Part shown: positions 37,383 to 49,857 of the stretch, in pieces
Position numbering within the stretch: the first letter of the stretch is position 1
Layout: each line of letters starts with the position of its first letter
NCBI RefSeq assembly: GCF_006345805.1
Contig: NW_021833621.1
Location: 1-57,132, forward strand
DNA length: 57,132 bases
Direction: 5' to 3'
From: Octopus sinensis
Taxonomy: Eukaryota
Position numbers and translations under genes: made by a program
The notes under the pieces: model-generated
Database searches by the model: none
Told to the model about the DNA's origin: nothing
Seen by the model: only the letters and a program-made list of their open reading frames with translations

Positions 37383-39192
37383 CTGGGCTAAAAAGTCACA
37401 TTCGATTACAGTACCAGTAACAGTTAAGCTTCGTGCAATGGCCATACTCGATAACGAGGGGGCAGCCATAATAATGTATGTATGTATGTATATGTATAGA
37501 TATGTGTGTATATATGTATATATACATGTGTGCATGTGTATATATGAATGTGAATATGTAAGTGTGTCTTTGTATTTATGTTTACCACCACCACCACCAC
37601 CACCACCACTTGAGAACCAATGCTGGTTTCCAGTAACTTAGCAAAATGGGAACTACTAGAATAAATACCAAACTTATGATAAATACCAGAGTTAATTCAT
37701 TTTCATTCAACTAAAACTCTTCGAGGCAGTGCCCCAGCATGGCCACATTCCAATGACTGAAAACAGTAAAACATAAAGGATATCTTACCTGCACTCCCTA
37801 CAGCTAGGCAAACTAAAGTACATAAAATGAAGTACCTGATCAATAGACATAAACTTCCTGTTGTTCATACAAATCCTGGACCTAAACACAGATCTTCTAT
37901 ATTCTGTCTTTTACTTGTTTCAGTCATTGCACTGTGGCCATGCTGGGGCACCACCTTGAAGGGTTTTAGTTGAACAAATCAATCCCAGTATATCTTTTAT
38001 CTTTTACTTGTTTCTCCCCCAGAGCTTACTTTTTTTTGAAGTCTTGTAATTATTCTACCAGTTTGTTTTGCCAAATCACTAAATTACAAGGATGTAAACA
38101 CACCAACATCGGTTGTCAAATGATGGTAGACACAAAGACACACACGCTTAAATATATACTATGTGGTGAGTTTCTTTCAGGTTCTGCCTACCAAATCTAT
38201 TCACAAAGCTTTGATCAGCCCAAGGGTTTGTAGAAGACATTTGCCCAATATGCCTAACGGTAGGCCTGAACCCCAAAACTATGTGATTGGGAAGCAAAAT
38301 TCTAAACAGAAAAAAAATTATCATGAAATTTGGTGAATGAAGAAAGATGACAGATGAAAAAAATGTGAAGAATAAGGAAGAAAGACTGATTAATGAAGAA
38401 TATGTAGGAAAAAAATGAAGAATGAAGAATAGCAACTGGAAGAATTTTAAAAACAACAAAAAACGAAACAAAAGAAAGAATTATAAAGAATGAAGAAGAA
38501 TAAGGAAGAATAACAAAGGCTGAAAAATAATAGAAAAGAAAAGGTTGACAAGAAGAAATTTTCGAAAAAAGAACAAAAATGGAGGAGTGGAAAATGAAGA
38601 ATGAAGAGAGTTAAAGAAAATGGAAAATTAAAGAATATGGAATTGGACACAAAATAAAATAATGGTGAAGATACTAAAGAAAAAAGGTGGGAAATTGTTG
38701 GAGAATAATTCTTAAATAGAATAACAACAATGTATTGGTTTTATAAAAAGGCGGGGAATCAATGTTACACAATATTTATGTTCTTTTCTCAAAGACAATA
38801 ACAATGGGTATTGTTGGAATGGCCTCAACCAAAAAAACAAAAAAAAAAAACAAGATCACAGACTTGACATCAGTAACAGTTTAAGTAATGAAAGTAAGAA
38901 GAAAAAATTGAGGTAGATGAAAAACAAAAAAAAATAGCAAAAAGAAAAATATATGGTTAAGGACACTGGTGCAAGCAAAGTCTGTTTCACAACCAGATAT
39001 CCAAATATTGTCAAATTTGACTCCATCCTGGTCAAGTGGCTTCCACAACATACTTGAGCTGACTAATACATCTTGAGTGAAATCTGATAGACAGAAACCT
39101 TTTGTATATATATAAATATATATATATTGGTAAAAATGGTAAGATAACAAAAGAAAGAAAGAGACCTCAATATTATGTAAATAGAGGAATTT

Positions 39193-39318
39193 ATCTGTAA
39201 ATGTAATATTGACAATTATTCGGTAGCTAAGATAAAACTTTGAGTTTCGGATGCTGAGATGGAAACTCAAAGTTTTATCTTGGCTACCAGATAATTGTCA
39301 CATATTATATTTACAGAT
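39193..39318. repeat. ~57-bp-arm hairpin with a 13-nt loop
   Basis: ATCTGTAAAT...AAAACTTTGAGTTTC / GAAACTCAAAGTTTT...ATTTACAGAT, with a few mismatches. Confidence 0.85.
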
Positions 39319-39433
39319 ATATATATATATATAGCAATTAAGGGTAAAACTAATTAATTACGACGTAATCAATAAATTTCACCAAGTAGAATTCAGTATG
39401 AAAACAGGACCGTTATACGGTAAATTCTAGTAA

Positions 39434-39720
39434 TACTAATATTAAGGGATCAGCAAAAGAAATGCATCACCACATACCGAAGTTCAGAAATAGCAGCCAA
39501 AATCTAAGCCATTTCTTCTACTTAAAAAAAGGTCTACCAGAGAAACCATAATACTTGAATCTTATTCATCCAGGCAGAGGGTAACGTAACGAAAATTAAT
39601 CAATATCCGATTATCCATAGACACGCGTTTAAGTAGAAGAAATGGCTTAGATTTTGGCTGCTATTTCTGAACTTCGGTATGTGGTGATGCATTTCTTTTG
39701 CTGATCCCTTAATATTAGTA
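39434..39720. repeat. Perfect 93-bp inverted repeat with a 101-bp spacer
   Basis: 39434-39526 is the exact reverse complement of 39628-39720. Confidence 0.95.
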
Positions 39721-39745
39721 TATACATATATATATATATATATAT

Positions 39746-42700
39746 GAGGTAATCAGAGTAAGTGACAGAATACTTAAGATTAGATTAGTGCTTCATCATA
39801 GTTTAGCAACCATTATATCAGCCTATGCTCCTCAGTCGGGGCTACCCGATGGACAGAAAGACCGATTCTATGACACTCTACTGCAGACTACCTCATTGAC
39901 GAACGACAGAGACCTTATCTTTGTGGCTGGTGACTTCAATGGTCACGTTGGACGACATGCTGGGGGCTTCCATGGCATACATGGAGGCTATGGCTATGGC
40001 TCCCGCAACGAGGAGGGAACCAGGCTGCTGGAGTTCTGCGATGCAAATAATCTTATGATTTGCAACACTAACTTCAGGAACCTACTAGCCACCTAGTCAC
40101 TTACCAATTGGGCCAACATACCAGCCAAATTGACTACATCCTTACAAGGCAAAGGGAGAGAGGCTGCTTATAAATGCCAAAACCTTCCCAGGTGAAGAAT
40201 GTACCCCACAACATAGACTGGTAGTTAGTGACTTTAGGATCAGGACTAGGAGGACAACCAGAAGACGACAAATATGGAGAAGAAGGATCTGGAAGCTTAA
40301 AGATCCTGCAAATGGACAGAGATTAGGGACATATTACTTGAAGCCTCTGACGAAGTAGAAGGGATAGAGCATCACAGGGGGTGGAAGACAGCTGGACGTT
40401 TCTAAGGGACAACCTGCTGAGAGCCACTGACCAGATCTGTGGCTGGTGCAAAGTCTCTCTCGACCTAGAATAACGTGGTGGTGGAACAATATTGTAGACA
40501 GGGCTATTAGAGAAAAGAGACAGGCTTGGAAGGTCTGGAAAAATGGGGGTAGCAGGGAATTGTATCAGACTGCCAAAAGAGAAGCTAGGAGACAGGTTAT
40601 TTAGCCAGAGGGGAAGCAGATAAGAAAAAATTTGCCAATGTTCTGCGCCGTGAGGACCAAAGACTGGAAGTGTTTCGTGTTGCAAGACAGTGTGAGAGAG
40701 AATCGTGATGTGGTAGGAGAGAAGTGTGTTCGCATGGAAGATGGTTCACTTGCGCTAAATGAGGATGCAAAGAGAGAGGTTTGGAGATGCCACTATGAAA
40801 GGTTGCTGAATGAAGAAAATGAATGGGATAAAGAGAGTCTGCCGAATGTTGACCCAACAGAGGGACCAGCTATCCGAGTTGATAGTTCTGTGGTAGCTAA
40901 GCAATTAGAAGCATGAAGACAGGGAAAGCCCCAGGCCCATCAGGAATCACTGCAGAGATGCTCAAAATGTCTGGTAGTGTCGGCTATAGCCTAGTCACCC
41001 ATATAGTAATCAGGTGATACACAAAGGGGTCATACCCAATGACTGGTGTAGCAGTATAATAGTCAACTGCTACAAAGGTAAAGGTGATGCCCTAGATACA
41101 AATAACTACAGAGGTATCAAGCTGTTGGACCAGGTGATGAAGGTTACGGAGAGGGTCATAGCCCAACTAATTAGAGAGAGAGTTAGTTAGATGAGATGCA
41201 GTTTGGGTTTGTGCCAGGGAAAAGTACTACTGATGCTATATTCCTGGTAAGGCAGCTGCAGGAGAAATACCTAGCCAAAGATAAGCCCCTGTACCTGGCT
41301 TTTGTTGACATGGAGAAAGCCTTCGACAGGGTCCCCCGATCCTTATCTGGTGGGCAATGAGAAAACTAGGGATAGATGAATGGTTAGTGAGAGCTGTGCG
41401 GGCCATGTATAGGGACGCCGCTAGTAGGGTGAGGGTTGGAAATGAGTACAGTGAAGAATTCCGGGTAGAGTAGGGGTCCACCAAGGCTCAGTACTCAGCC
41501 CCCTCCTATTTATCTTAGTCCTCCAGGCAATAACGGAGGAATTCAAGACAGGATGCCCTTGGGAGCTCCTCTATGCTGATGACCTTGCTCTAATTGCTGA
41601 GTCGCTATCAGAACTGGAGGAGAAGTTTCAGGTGTGGAAACAAGGATTAGAATCGAAGGGCCTCAGAGTCAATCTAGCTAAAACCAAAGTCGTAATCAGT
41701 AGAAGGTAGACAAATCACAAACACCTTCAGGTAGATGGCCCTGCTCGATCTGTAGAAAAGGGTAGGTAGAAACTCTATAAGATGCACCAAGTGTAAGCTA
41801 TGGACACATAAGAGATGCAGCAATGTCAAAGGAAGGCTAACTAGGAAGATGGTTTTTGTATGTGGCAGATGCTCAGGAACAATAAACACTGAAAATGCTC
41901 TGAGACCAACTTCCGTCACTTCCAGGGAAAAACTAGAAATAGTTGATAGTTTCCGTTACCTAGGTGACCAAGTTGGCAGCGGGGGCGGGTGGGCTGAAAG
42001 TGTAACTGCTAGAGTAAGAATAGCTTGGGCAAAGTTCAGAGAGCTCTTACCTCTGCTGGTGACAAAAGGCCTCTCGCACAGAGTGAAAGGCAGACTGTAT
42101 GATGCGTGTGTACGAACAGCCATGCTACATGGCAGTGAAACATGGGCCGTGACTGCTGAGGATATGCGTAAGCTCGCTAGAAATGAAGCCAGTATGCTCC
42201 GATGGATGTGTAATGCCGGTACTCACACTCGGCAGAGTGTAAGTACCTGAGAGAAAAGCTGGACCTAAGAAGCATCAGTTGTGGTGTGCAAGAGAGACGT
42301 TTGCGCTGGTATGGTCATGTGGCGAGAATGGATGAAGATAGTTGTGTGAAAAAGTGCCACACCCTAGCGGTTGAGGGAACCTGTGGAAGAGGCAGACCCA
42401 GGAAAACCTGGGACGAGGTGGTGAAGCACGACCTTCGAACTTTAGGTCTCACTGAGGAAATGACTAGAGACCGAGACCTCTGGAAGTGTGCTGTGCGCGA
42501 GAAGACCCGGCAGGACAAGTGAGTCCACAACCGTGGCCTTCTACATGGGATGGAGCCAGCCTACGTATGCATACCTTCCCTTCTTGGGACACACAAAACT
42601 CTACTTGTGAAGACGTGTTGAGGCAAGTGAGGATCAGAATCGAAATCGATCAATGGAAATTGCGGATGTGCTACCAGTGCCGGTGGCATGTCGAAACTCT

Positions 42701-43136
42701 GCTTGTGAAGACCCATTGAGGCAAGTGAGGATCAGAATCGAAATCGATCAATGGAAATCGATCAATGGAAATTGCAGATGTGTTACCAGTGCCGGTGGCA
42801 TGTAAGAGAACTTTCCGTTTCGCGACCGTTGCCAGCACCGCCCCGTTTCGTGTCCGTTGCCAGCCTCGCCTGGCCCTCGTGCCGGTGGCACATAAAAAGC
42901 ACCATCCGTTCGTGGCCGTTTGCCAGCTCTGTCTGGCACCAGTGCGGGTGGCACGTAAAAAGCACCCACTACACTCACGGAGTGGTTGGCGTTAGGAAGG
43001 GCATCCAGCCGTAGAAACACTGCCAGATTTGACTGGGCCTGATGAAGCCTTCTGGCTTCACAGACCCCAGTAGAACCGTCCAACCCATGCTAGCATGGAA
43101 AACGGACAACTAAATGATGATGATGATGATGATGAT
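39746..43136 (+). mobile_element. RTE-clade LINE, 5'-truncated, frameshifted ORF (APE + RT) ending at 42522, with 3' UTR and (GAT)n tail
   Basis: APE motifs ISAYAPQ and VAGDFNGHVG; RT motifs QFGFVPG, LAFVDMEKAFDRVP, GVHQGSVLSPLLF, LLYADDL and FRYLG; C-terminal RRLRWYGHVARM and GRGRPRKTW. Confidence 0.95.
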
Positions 43137-43257
43137 ATATATATACACACACACACCTCACACATATATATATATGTATATATTTAGGTATATAATATAT
43201 ATATATATATATTATATATATACACACACACACACACACACCACGCACACACACATG

Positions 43258-43299
<42 letters not shown>

Positions 43300-44796
43300 T
43301 TATAATCATCATTGTTGCTTTAACACTTTTCCTTTTTCCATGCTTTGATACTCTTTCTGTCACCATTCTGCCAACCCTCACCTTTTTTGCAAGTAAAATA
43401 TTACTTTGCCTTAATCTTTTGATCAACAAGCTGCTCAATGACTGGACATTAGATAACATATATAAATGACAGCTTTTCTATCAGCATTCAAATGTCAAAA
43501 CAAAGGAAAAAACAACCAACACACAGCAGGTTTCTTTCAGTTTCACCTCATATGGTTAGCCTACAACTGCCTATAAAAGATATCAGCCACACAGCAGTAA
43601 CAAGCCCTAGATCAGATGACCTTACATCTGCACCAATGTGTGTAAATGTAAAAGTACATAGACAAGTGAATAGGGATGATATATATAAATGAAAGACTGA
43701 TTAAGTTGACGAGTGAATGAATCCGAATATGAATTGGAACATGAATTATTGAGCATATAATGAGTATATAAATTTCTAGCGATGAGTATATAAATTTCTA
43801 GCGATGAGTATATAAATTTCTGAATTTGCATTCAGGACTTAGAGCCAGAAGAAATGCTGCCAACCATTTTGTCTGGCATGATAATGGTTCTGCCAGCTCA
43901 CCACCTTATCTTGCCATCAATATTTATGTCAATATCTATGTCGATATTAAGGTGGCAAACTGGCAGAATTATTAGCACTCTGGATGAAATGCTTTGCAGC
44001 ATGTCATTCAACTTCATGATGATGATGATGATGATGATGATGATCATGATCATGATCATCATCACCATCATCATCATCATCGTTTAACATCTGCTTTCTG
44101 TGCTGGCATTGGTTGGACAGTTTGACTGAGGACTGGCAAACCAGATGGCTACACCAGGCTCCAATCTGATTTGGCAAGGTTTCTACAATTGGATGCCCTT
44201 CCTAATGCCACCCACTCCAAGAGTGTAGTGGGTGCTTTTTACGTGCCATCGACATGGGAGCCAGTCAGGGGACACTGGCATAAACTCATGCTTGAATGGT
44301 GCTTATTACATGCTGCCAGCATGGGCGGCAGTCAGGTGGCACTGGCATCAGCCACAACTACGATTTCCATTTTGATATCGATTTTGTTCAAATTCTGCCA
44401 AGGTCGAATTTGTCTTTCGTCCTTTTGGGATAAACAAAATAAGTACCAGTGGAGTACTGGAGTCAATATAGTTGCCTTAGCCACTCTCTAAAATTGCAGG
44501 CCTTGTGCCAAAATTTGAAACCAACATTTATGTCAATATCTATTGTTCAAAGTATCTGCGATTTTCTTTTTTTAAGGGGGATGGGGGTTGTTTTGTGTTT
44601 TTTTTTTTTTTTTACAAGATGTTAGTTTGAAAAATATTTGAATATCTTGCTATTTCTAGCAGGTTAAATTGCCATGTAGCAGTTCCATTATTGATTCATG
44701 TCAACATCTTATGTTTTTATTTAATGGAAATATGCCAATAGTAACAACAACAACAACAACAGCGACATGTAAATGATAGTTTTGAGGAATACCAAC

Positions 44797-44909
44797 CTTA
44801 TTGATTGCCATCCTTTGTTCAGTGGACCATGGTAGTTTAACTCCGTAGCACTGTAATTCTTGTCCTGACTGGACACATGAGCCACGTGGAATGGTATCTT
44901 CTGCGGCAT
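44797..44909 (-). CDS. CEP104: CEP104-like, first coding exon (probable full exon 44797-44975 including 5' UTR)
   Basis: Translates MPQKIPFHVAHVSSQDKNYSATELNYHGPLNKGWQSI+AG, matching the CEP104 N-terminus as I recall it (human MPHKIGFVVVSSSGHEDGFSARELMIHAPTVSGWRSPR). Donor AG|GTTGGT at 44797/44796; candidate acceptor CAG|G at 44976/44975. Confidence 0.88.
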
Positions 44910-45112
44910 TGTAGCTGCTCTTATGAGCATAATGATTCAAAGTCTCTCAATGATTTACAGTCTTTCTTTGGTTTCCTGTTTTGTATCAAAAGGTTCAGAA
45001 AGCAAAACAATTACATTAATTAAGAGAAACAACGACAAACATACGAAATGGTTTAAATTTGTTGGGAAAGTTTCTACCAATATGTACCACACATAAAGAA
45101 GTCACAAATATA

Positions 45113-45509
45113 TCTTTATATATAAAAGAGAGGTTGTGTGCTGTCTGTCCCCTTCAATTTAGATTCCTAACTACTCCCACATTTTGCGGTGCAATTTAAC
45201 CAAAACTGGGTATCTTATAGTCGTGATTCATATCGAGCCCTTCTGGGTATTAGCGCGCATCTACGATGAGTCTACAATTTAAAAAAAATTACCATCATTT
45301 TTTTCCATTTTAATGCATTTTTTTCGCTATTATATAAGGGAAGTAACTCTCTAAAATGTCTACGATGAGTCAACGATTTAAAAAAAATTTACCATAATTT
45401 TTTTTCTATTTTTAATGCATTTTTTGCTATTTTTTGGCTATAACTCTCTAAAAATGCTTATATAGTTATTTCCCTTACAAAACCGAGCAACGCCGGGCGA
45501 TACTGCTAG
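45113..45509 (+). mobile_element. Non-autonomous Helitron (397 bp)
   Basis: A|TCTTTATATATAAAAG 5' end; CCGAGCAACGCCGGG hairpin then CTAG|T 3' end; A-T target with no TSD; internal ~130-bp duplication. Confidence 0.88.
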
Positions 45510-46300
45510 TATATATATATAAAAATTAAAATAAAGAACAATATGTGTATCTTGTTTGGTCATGTTGAATTTTGCCTTTGTTAATAGTCTCTTTAGGTTA
45601 TGTGGTTGCTTTTTGCTTAAGAGAAGTGTTTGATTAGTTATGTTTTTTTTAATTTTTCACTTTGTATCATGATTGGCAAATTTGTTTTGATGATGTTTAA
45701 AATGTTTTAGTGATGCAGATTGTGTGTTATTAGAAATGGTATTGTGTTCCTTTGAAGGGTTCATCTTTTTCGTGTTGCTCTAAAACATATGGAGGACACA
45801 TAGAAGAGTTATCTCAATGATTCTTTCCTAATTTGTCTGAATGATATGGATGCCTCTCATGAGAACTCAATAAGGTTTGAAAATCGATTAATGCTGTTTG
45901 TCAATTTTCATAGGCACAGGAGTGGCTGTGTGGTAAGTAGCTTGCTTACCAACCACATGGTTCCGGGTTCAGTCCCACTGCATGACACCTTGGGCAAGTG
46001 TCTTCTACTATAGCCTTGGGCCGACCAAATCCTTGTGAGTGGATTTGGTAGACGGAAACTGAAAGAAGCCCATCATGTATCTGTATATATATATATGTAT
46101 GTGTTTGCCCCCTAACATGGCTTGACAACTGATGCTGGTGTGTTTACGTTCCCGTAACTTAGCACTTCGGCAAAAGAGACCAATAGAATAAGTACTAGGC
46201 TTACGAAAAAATAAGTCCTGGGGACGATTTTCTCAACTAAAGGCAGTGCTGCAGCATGGCCACAGTCAAATGACTGAAACAAGTGAAAGAGTAAAAGAGT

Positions 46301-47560
46301 AATTTGGACCAAATCCCAAGAAAATTTGGAAGAATTCAGTAGCCTCCTCAATAATCTACACCCTAGTCTTAAATCCACAAGAGAAATGAGCAACACACAA
46401 TTACCATTTCTTGACATAATGGTAATTAAAAACAACACAACAATCACAAGTGATATTTATTACAAAATCACAGACACACACCAGTACCTAAACTTCAAAT
46501 TATGCCACCTACACACACAAAACACAACATCCCGTATTGTCTAGCCAGGAAAATTTGGACTATAGTCGATGATCCAAATACCGGGAACATACAACGTATA
46601 GAGCTCAAAGGATTTCTGCTCAAGCAAAAATACCCTCTCCAACTTATAGAAAATTGCATACAATGAGCAAAAGAGATTCCTGTAGAATAATTTAGAGGAG
46701 CATGAAAAGATGAACCCATCAATGGAACATAATACTATTTCTAGTAACATAAAATCCGCATCACCAAAACATTTTTAACACCATCAAAACAAATTTGCCA
46801 ATCATAAAAACAAAGTGAAAAACTAAAAAAAAACATATTACTAATCAAACGCTTATTTTAAGCAAAAGGCAACCACATAACCTAAAGAAACTATTAACAA
46901 AGGCAAAATTCAACATGACCAAACAGAATAACACATTCACAGTATCCAAGTGTAATGATAATAGATGTGGAATGTGTCAGTACATTCATGTAGGTAGATT
47001 TATTAGAACAAAAAAAATGGACAGATTTTCGCAAATGAAGATATGAACTGCAAAAGAAGAAATTTGATCTCCTGCATTAACCCTTTGGTGTTCAAATTTC
47101 TCTATTAAATGTAATACTTTTTCACTCAAATCGTTTTGAATTAACCATGCATTATGTTATAGCTTTGAGGTTTCAATGATATGATTGTTTATTTTTAGAG
47201 TGTCACTATAGGTTAGGTGTGAGAGGCTAGATATGGCCAGTTTGAATATAAAACATGTAGAATATTTGGGCCGGATATGGCCGGTTTAAACACTAAAGGG
47301 TTAAATGCCCGGATTGTGAGGAAGAAATATATAAGCAAGACAGAGAATGCATTATGAGAATGCTTGCAAGTCCACAGACAACAAATATGGAACACCAATG
47401 TCTGCCAAATTCCACTGAGCGAACATATAGCAACATGTAGTCAGAAAATGTTTCTAATTTTTCCTTTCCACAGACTACATGATACAAGTGAGGCTGGAAG
47501 AGAGATAAAAGAAAAACGGTTTTCTGAACGGAAATAGCAGCAATAATATAACAACCAGTT
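46301..47560 (+). mobile_element. Degenerate Penelope-like fragment
   Basis: IWTKSQENLEEFSSLLNNLHPSL, LPFLDIMV, YYKITDTHQYL and NLISCIKCPDC (GIY-YIG region); many stops; interrupted by a piggyBac-type MITE. Confidence 0.85.
47081..47300. mobile_element. piggyBac-type MITE (220 bp)
   Basis: TTAA|CCCTTTGGTGTT ... AACACTAAAGGG|TTAA. Removing it restores the Penelope frame (TGCATTAA|ATGCCC). Confidence 0.88.
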
Positions 47561-47635
47561 AATGATGTGGATTAATAAATACAAACAAGTTACAGAATAT
47601 TGGTACGCCTGGCAAACCGTGATGTTTAAGAGTAT

Positions 47636-48016
47636 TTTGGAAGCACTCCATCGGTTACAACGACGAGGGTTCCGGTTGATCCGAATCAACGGAACAGCCT
47701 GCTCATGAAATTAAACGTTGTAAGTGGATGAGCACTCCACAGACACGTGTACCCTTAAGTAGTTCTCGGGGATATTCAGCGTGACACAGAGATTGACAAG
47801 GCCGGCCCCTTAAAATACAGGTACAACAGAAACAGGAAGTAAGAGTGAGAGAAAGTTGTGGTGAAAGAGTACAGCAGGGTCACCACCATCCCCTGCCGGA
47901 GCCTGTGGAGCTTTTAGGGTTTTTGCTAATAAACACTCACAACGCCTGGTCTGGGAATTGAAACCGCGACCCTATGACGAGTCCGCTGCCCTAATACTGG
48001 GCCATTGCGCCTCCAC
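47636..48016 (-). mobile_element. SINE family D (tRNA-derived head GTGGAGGCGCAATGGCCCAG) with a 10-bp TSD
   Basis: TTAAGAGTAT at 47626-47635 and 48017-48026. Related copies at 15650-16020(-), 27843-27990(+), 49083-49390(-) and 51718-52015(+). Confidence 0.9.
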
Positions 48017-49857
48017 TTAAGAGTATACAGATTGATCAAAAAGGTATTCTAAACATTCAGCTGGTTGGAACGTTCTATATATATATATATATTCTTTTGA
48101 ATTTGTGTGAATGTGTATAGAATACAGTTCTATATTTAAGTGATGAGGAATTATGTACATTATTTACATTAGACGGATATTTGTCCTCATCTTGTTTGTT
48201 GTTAACACAATGTTTCAGCTGATTCTATACACATTCACACAAATTCAAAAGAATATATATATATAATATATTTTGGTGTTAGGAAGGCATCCAGCCATAG
48301 AAACATTGCCAGATCAGACTGGGCCTGGTGCAGCCTCCTGGCTCCCCAGACCCGAGTTGAACCGTCCAACCCATGCCAGCATGGAAAGCGGACGCTAAAC
48401 GAAGATGATGATGATGATGATGATATATATATACACACATACATATAGGGGGGGAGACAGACAGACAGAGGAGCAGAGGAAGAAACTGAAAGAAGCCTGT
48501 AATACATGCACACACACACACATACACACACACACACACACACACAACACACACACACACACAAATATATATGTGTGGTTCAAAATTGTGCAAAGAAAAT
48601 GAGACAGAGACAGGTGAGGTAACAACAAACAAGGTGTATTAGTTTGACAGTTCAACCAACTCACCAATTCAACCACATGTTTACCAATGCCCAGGACCTC
48701 TCTTAACTTAAAATACCTTCTCATTTTGTAAGTGACCGGCTTGAATTCACTCAAAGAAGAACTTTAATAGAACAAACAAACAAGCAAACATAAATACGTA
48801 CATACAAACACATATGTACAGCCGTCGTATATATGTATATATATATATATATGCATGTGTGTGTTTGTGTGAGTGTGTTTGTCCCCCTAGCATTGCTTGA
48901 CAACCGATGCTGGTGTGTTTATGTCCCCGTTACTTAGCGGTTCGGCAAAAAGAGACCGATAGAATAAGTACTGGGCTTACAAAAGAATAAGTCCCGGGGT
49001 CGAGTTGCTCGATTAAAGGCGGTGCTCCAGCATGGCCGCAGTCAAATGACTGAAACAAGTAAAAGAGTAAAAGAGAGAGTATGCATTTGATTGATTGTTC
49101 CTTCTGAAGCCATACCTGGCTCATAAGGGCCAGTTTCCCAGTTTCATTGGCATATAGGTTCCCCACCTGGATGAGACACTGGTCTGTCACAGGTGAGCTG
49201 CTAGATGCAGGAGGAAAGAGTGAAAGAAAGTTGTGTCAAAAGAGTCAGCAGAAGTTCACCATTACCTTCTGCCGGAGCCACATGGAGCTTAGTTGTTTCA
49301 CTCATAAACACACATCGCCTGGTCTGAGATTTGAACCCATGATTCCTTGACCACGAGTCCACGGCTCTAACCACTAGGCCATGTGCCTCCACTATGTCCA
49401 TACATACGTACATACATGCATACATATATACATACATACACAATGGACTTCTTTCAGTTTCCGTTTATCAAATCCACTTTTGTTTTGGCCTAGGGTTATA
49501 GTAGAAGGCATATGCCTGAGTTGTCACACAGTGGGACACAAAACCCAAAAGCCATGTAGCTGGGAAGCAAACTTCTTAAACACACAGCCCCACTTGCACC
49601 TACCCATGTCTGGGCTTACTTTCTTCTTTCTTATATAAATTGGATCAACACCTCAGTGAGAAACCAGAAAGTTACAAGGTGTCTTCTGTTTGTTTGACCC
49701 ATTTCAATTTTGTTAGAAGAAATTTGATATGATTCTATAATCTACTTTTACTTTTGAATGTTAGTTCAGAAAAAGAAAAACAAAAATTAGAAATCAATAT
49801 GGTATGGAGAGCGTTTGTTGGGAAGTTATTCTTCTAGTTGTGATCTTTATCTTAGAT

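Noticed and set aside
37791-37883. 93-nt phase-2/phase-2 cassette that would fit in frame between the CEP104 exons
   Set aside because: The donor is strong but the acceptor has almost no pyrimidine tract, the peptide resembles nothing I recognise, and it would split a conserved motif.
38950-39083. Possible further nested exon (DFTQDVLVSSSMLWKPLDQDGVKF...)
   Set aside because: Several competing weak boundaries; only a 30-nt version has a good donor, which is within chance expectation.
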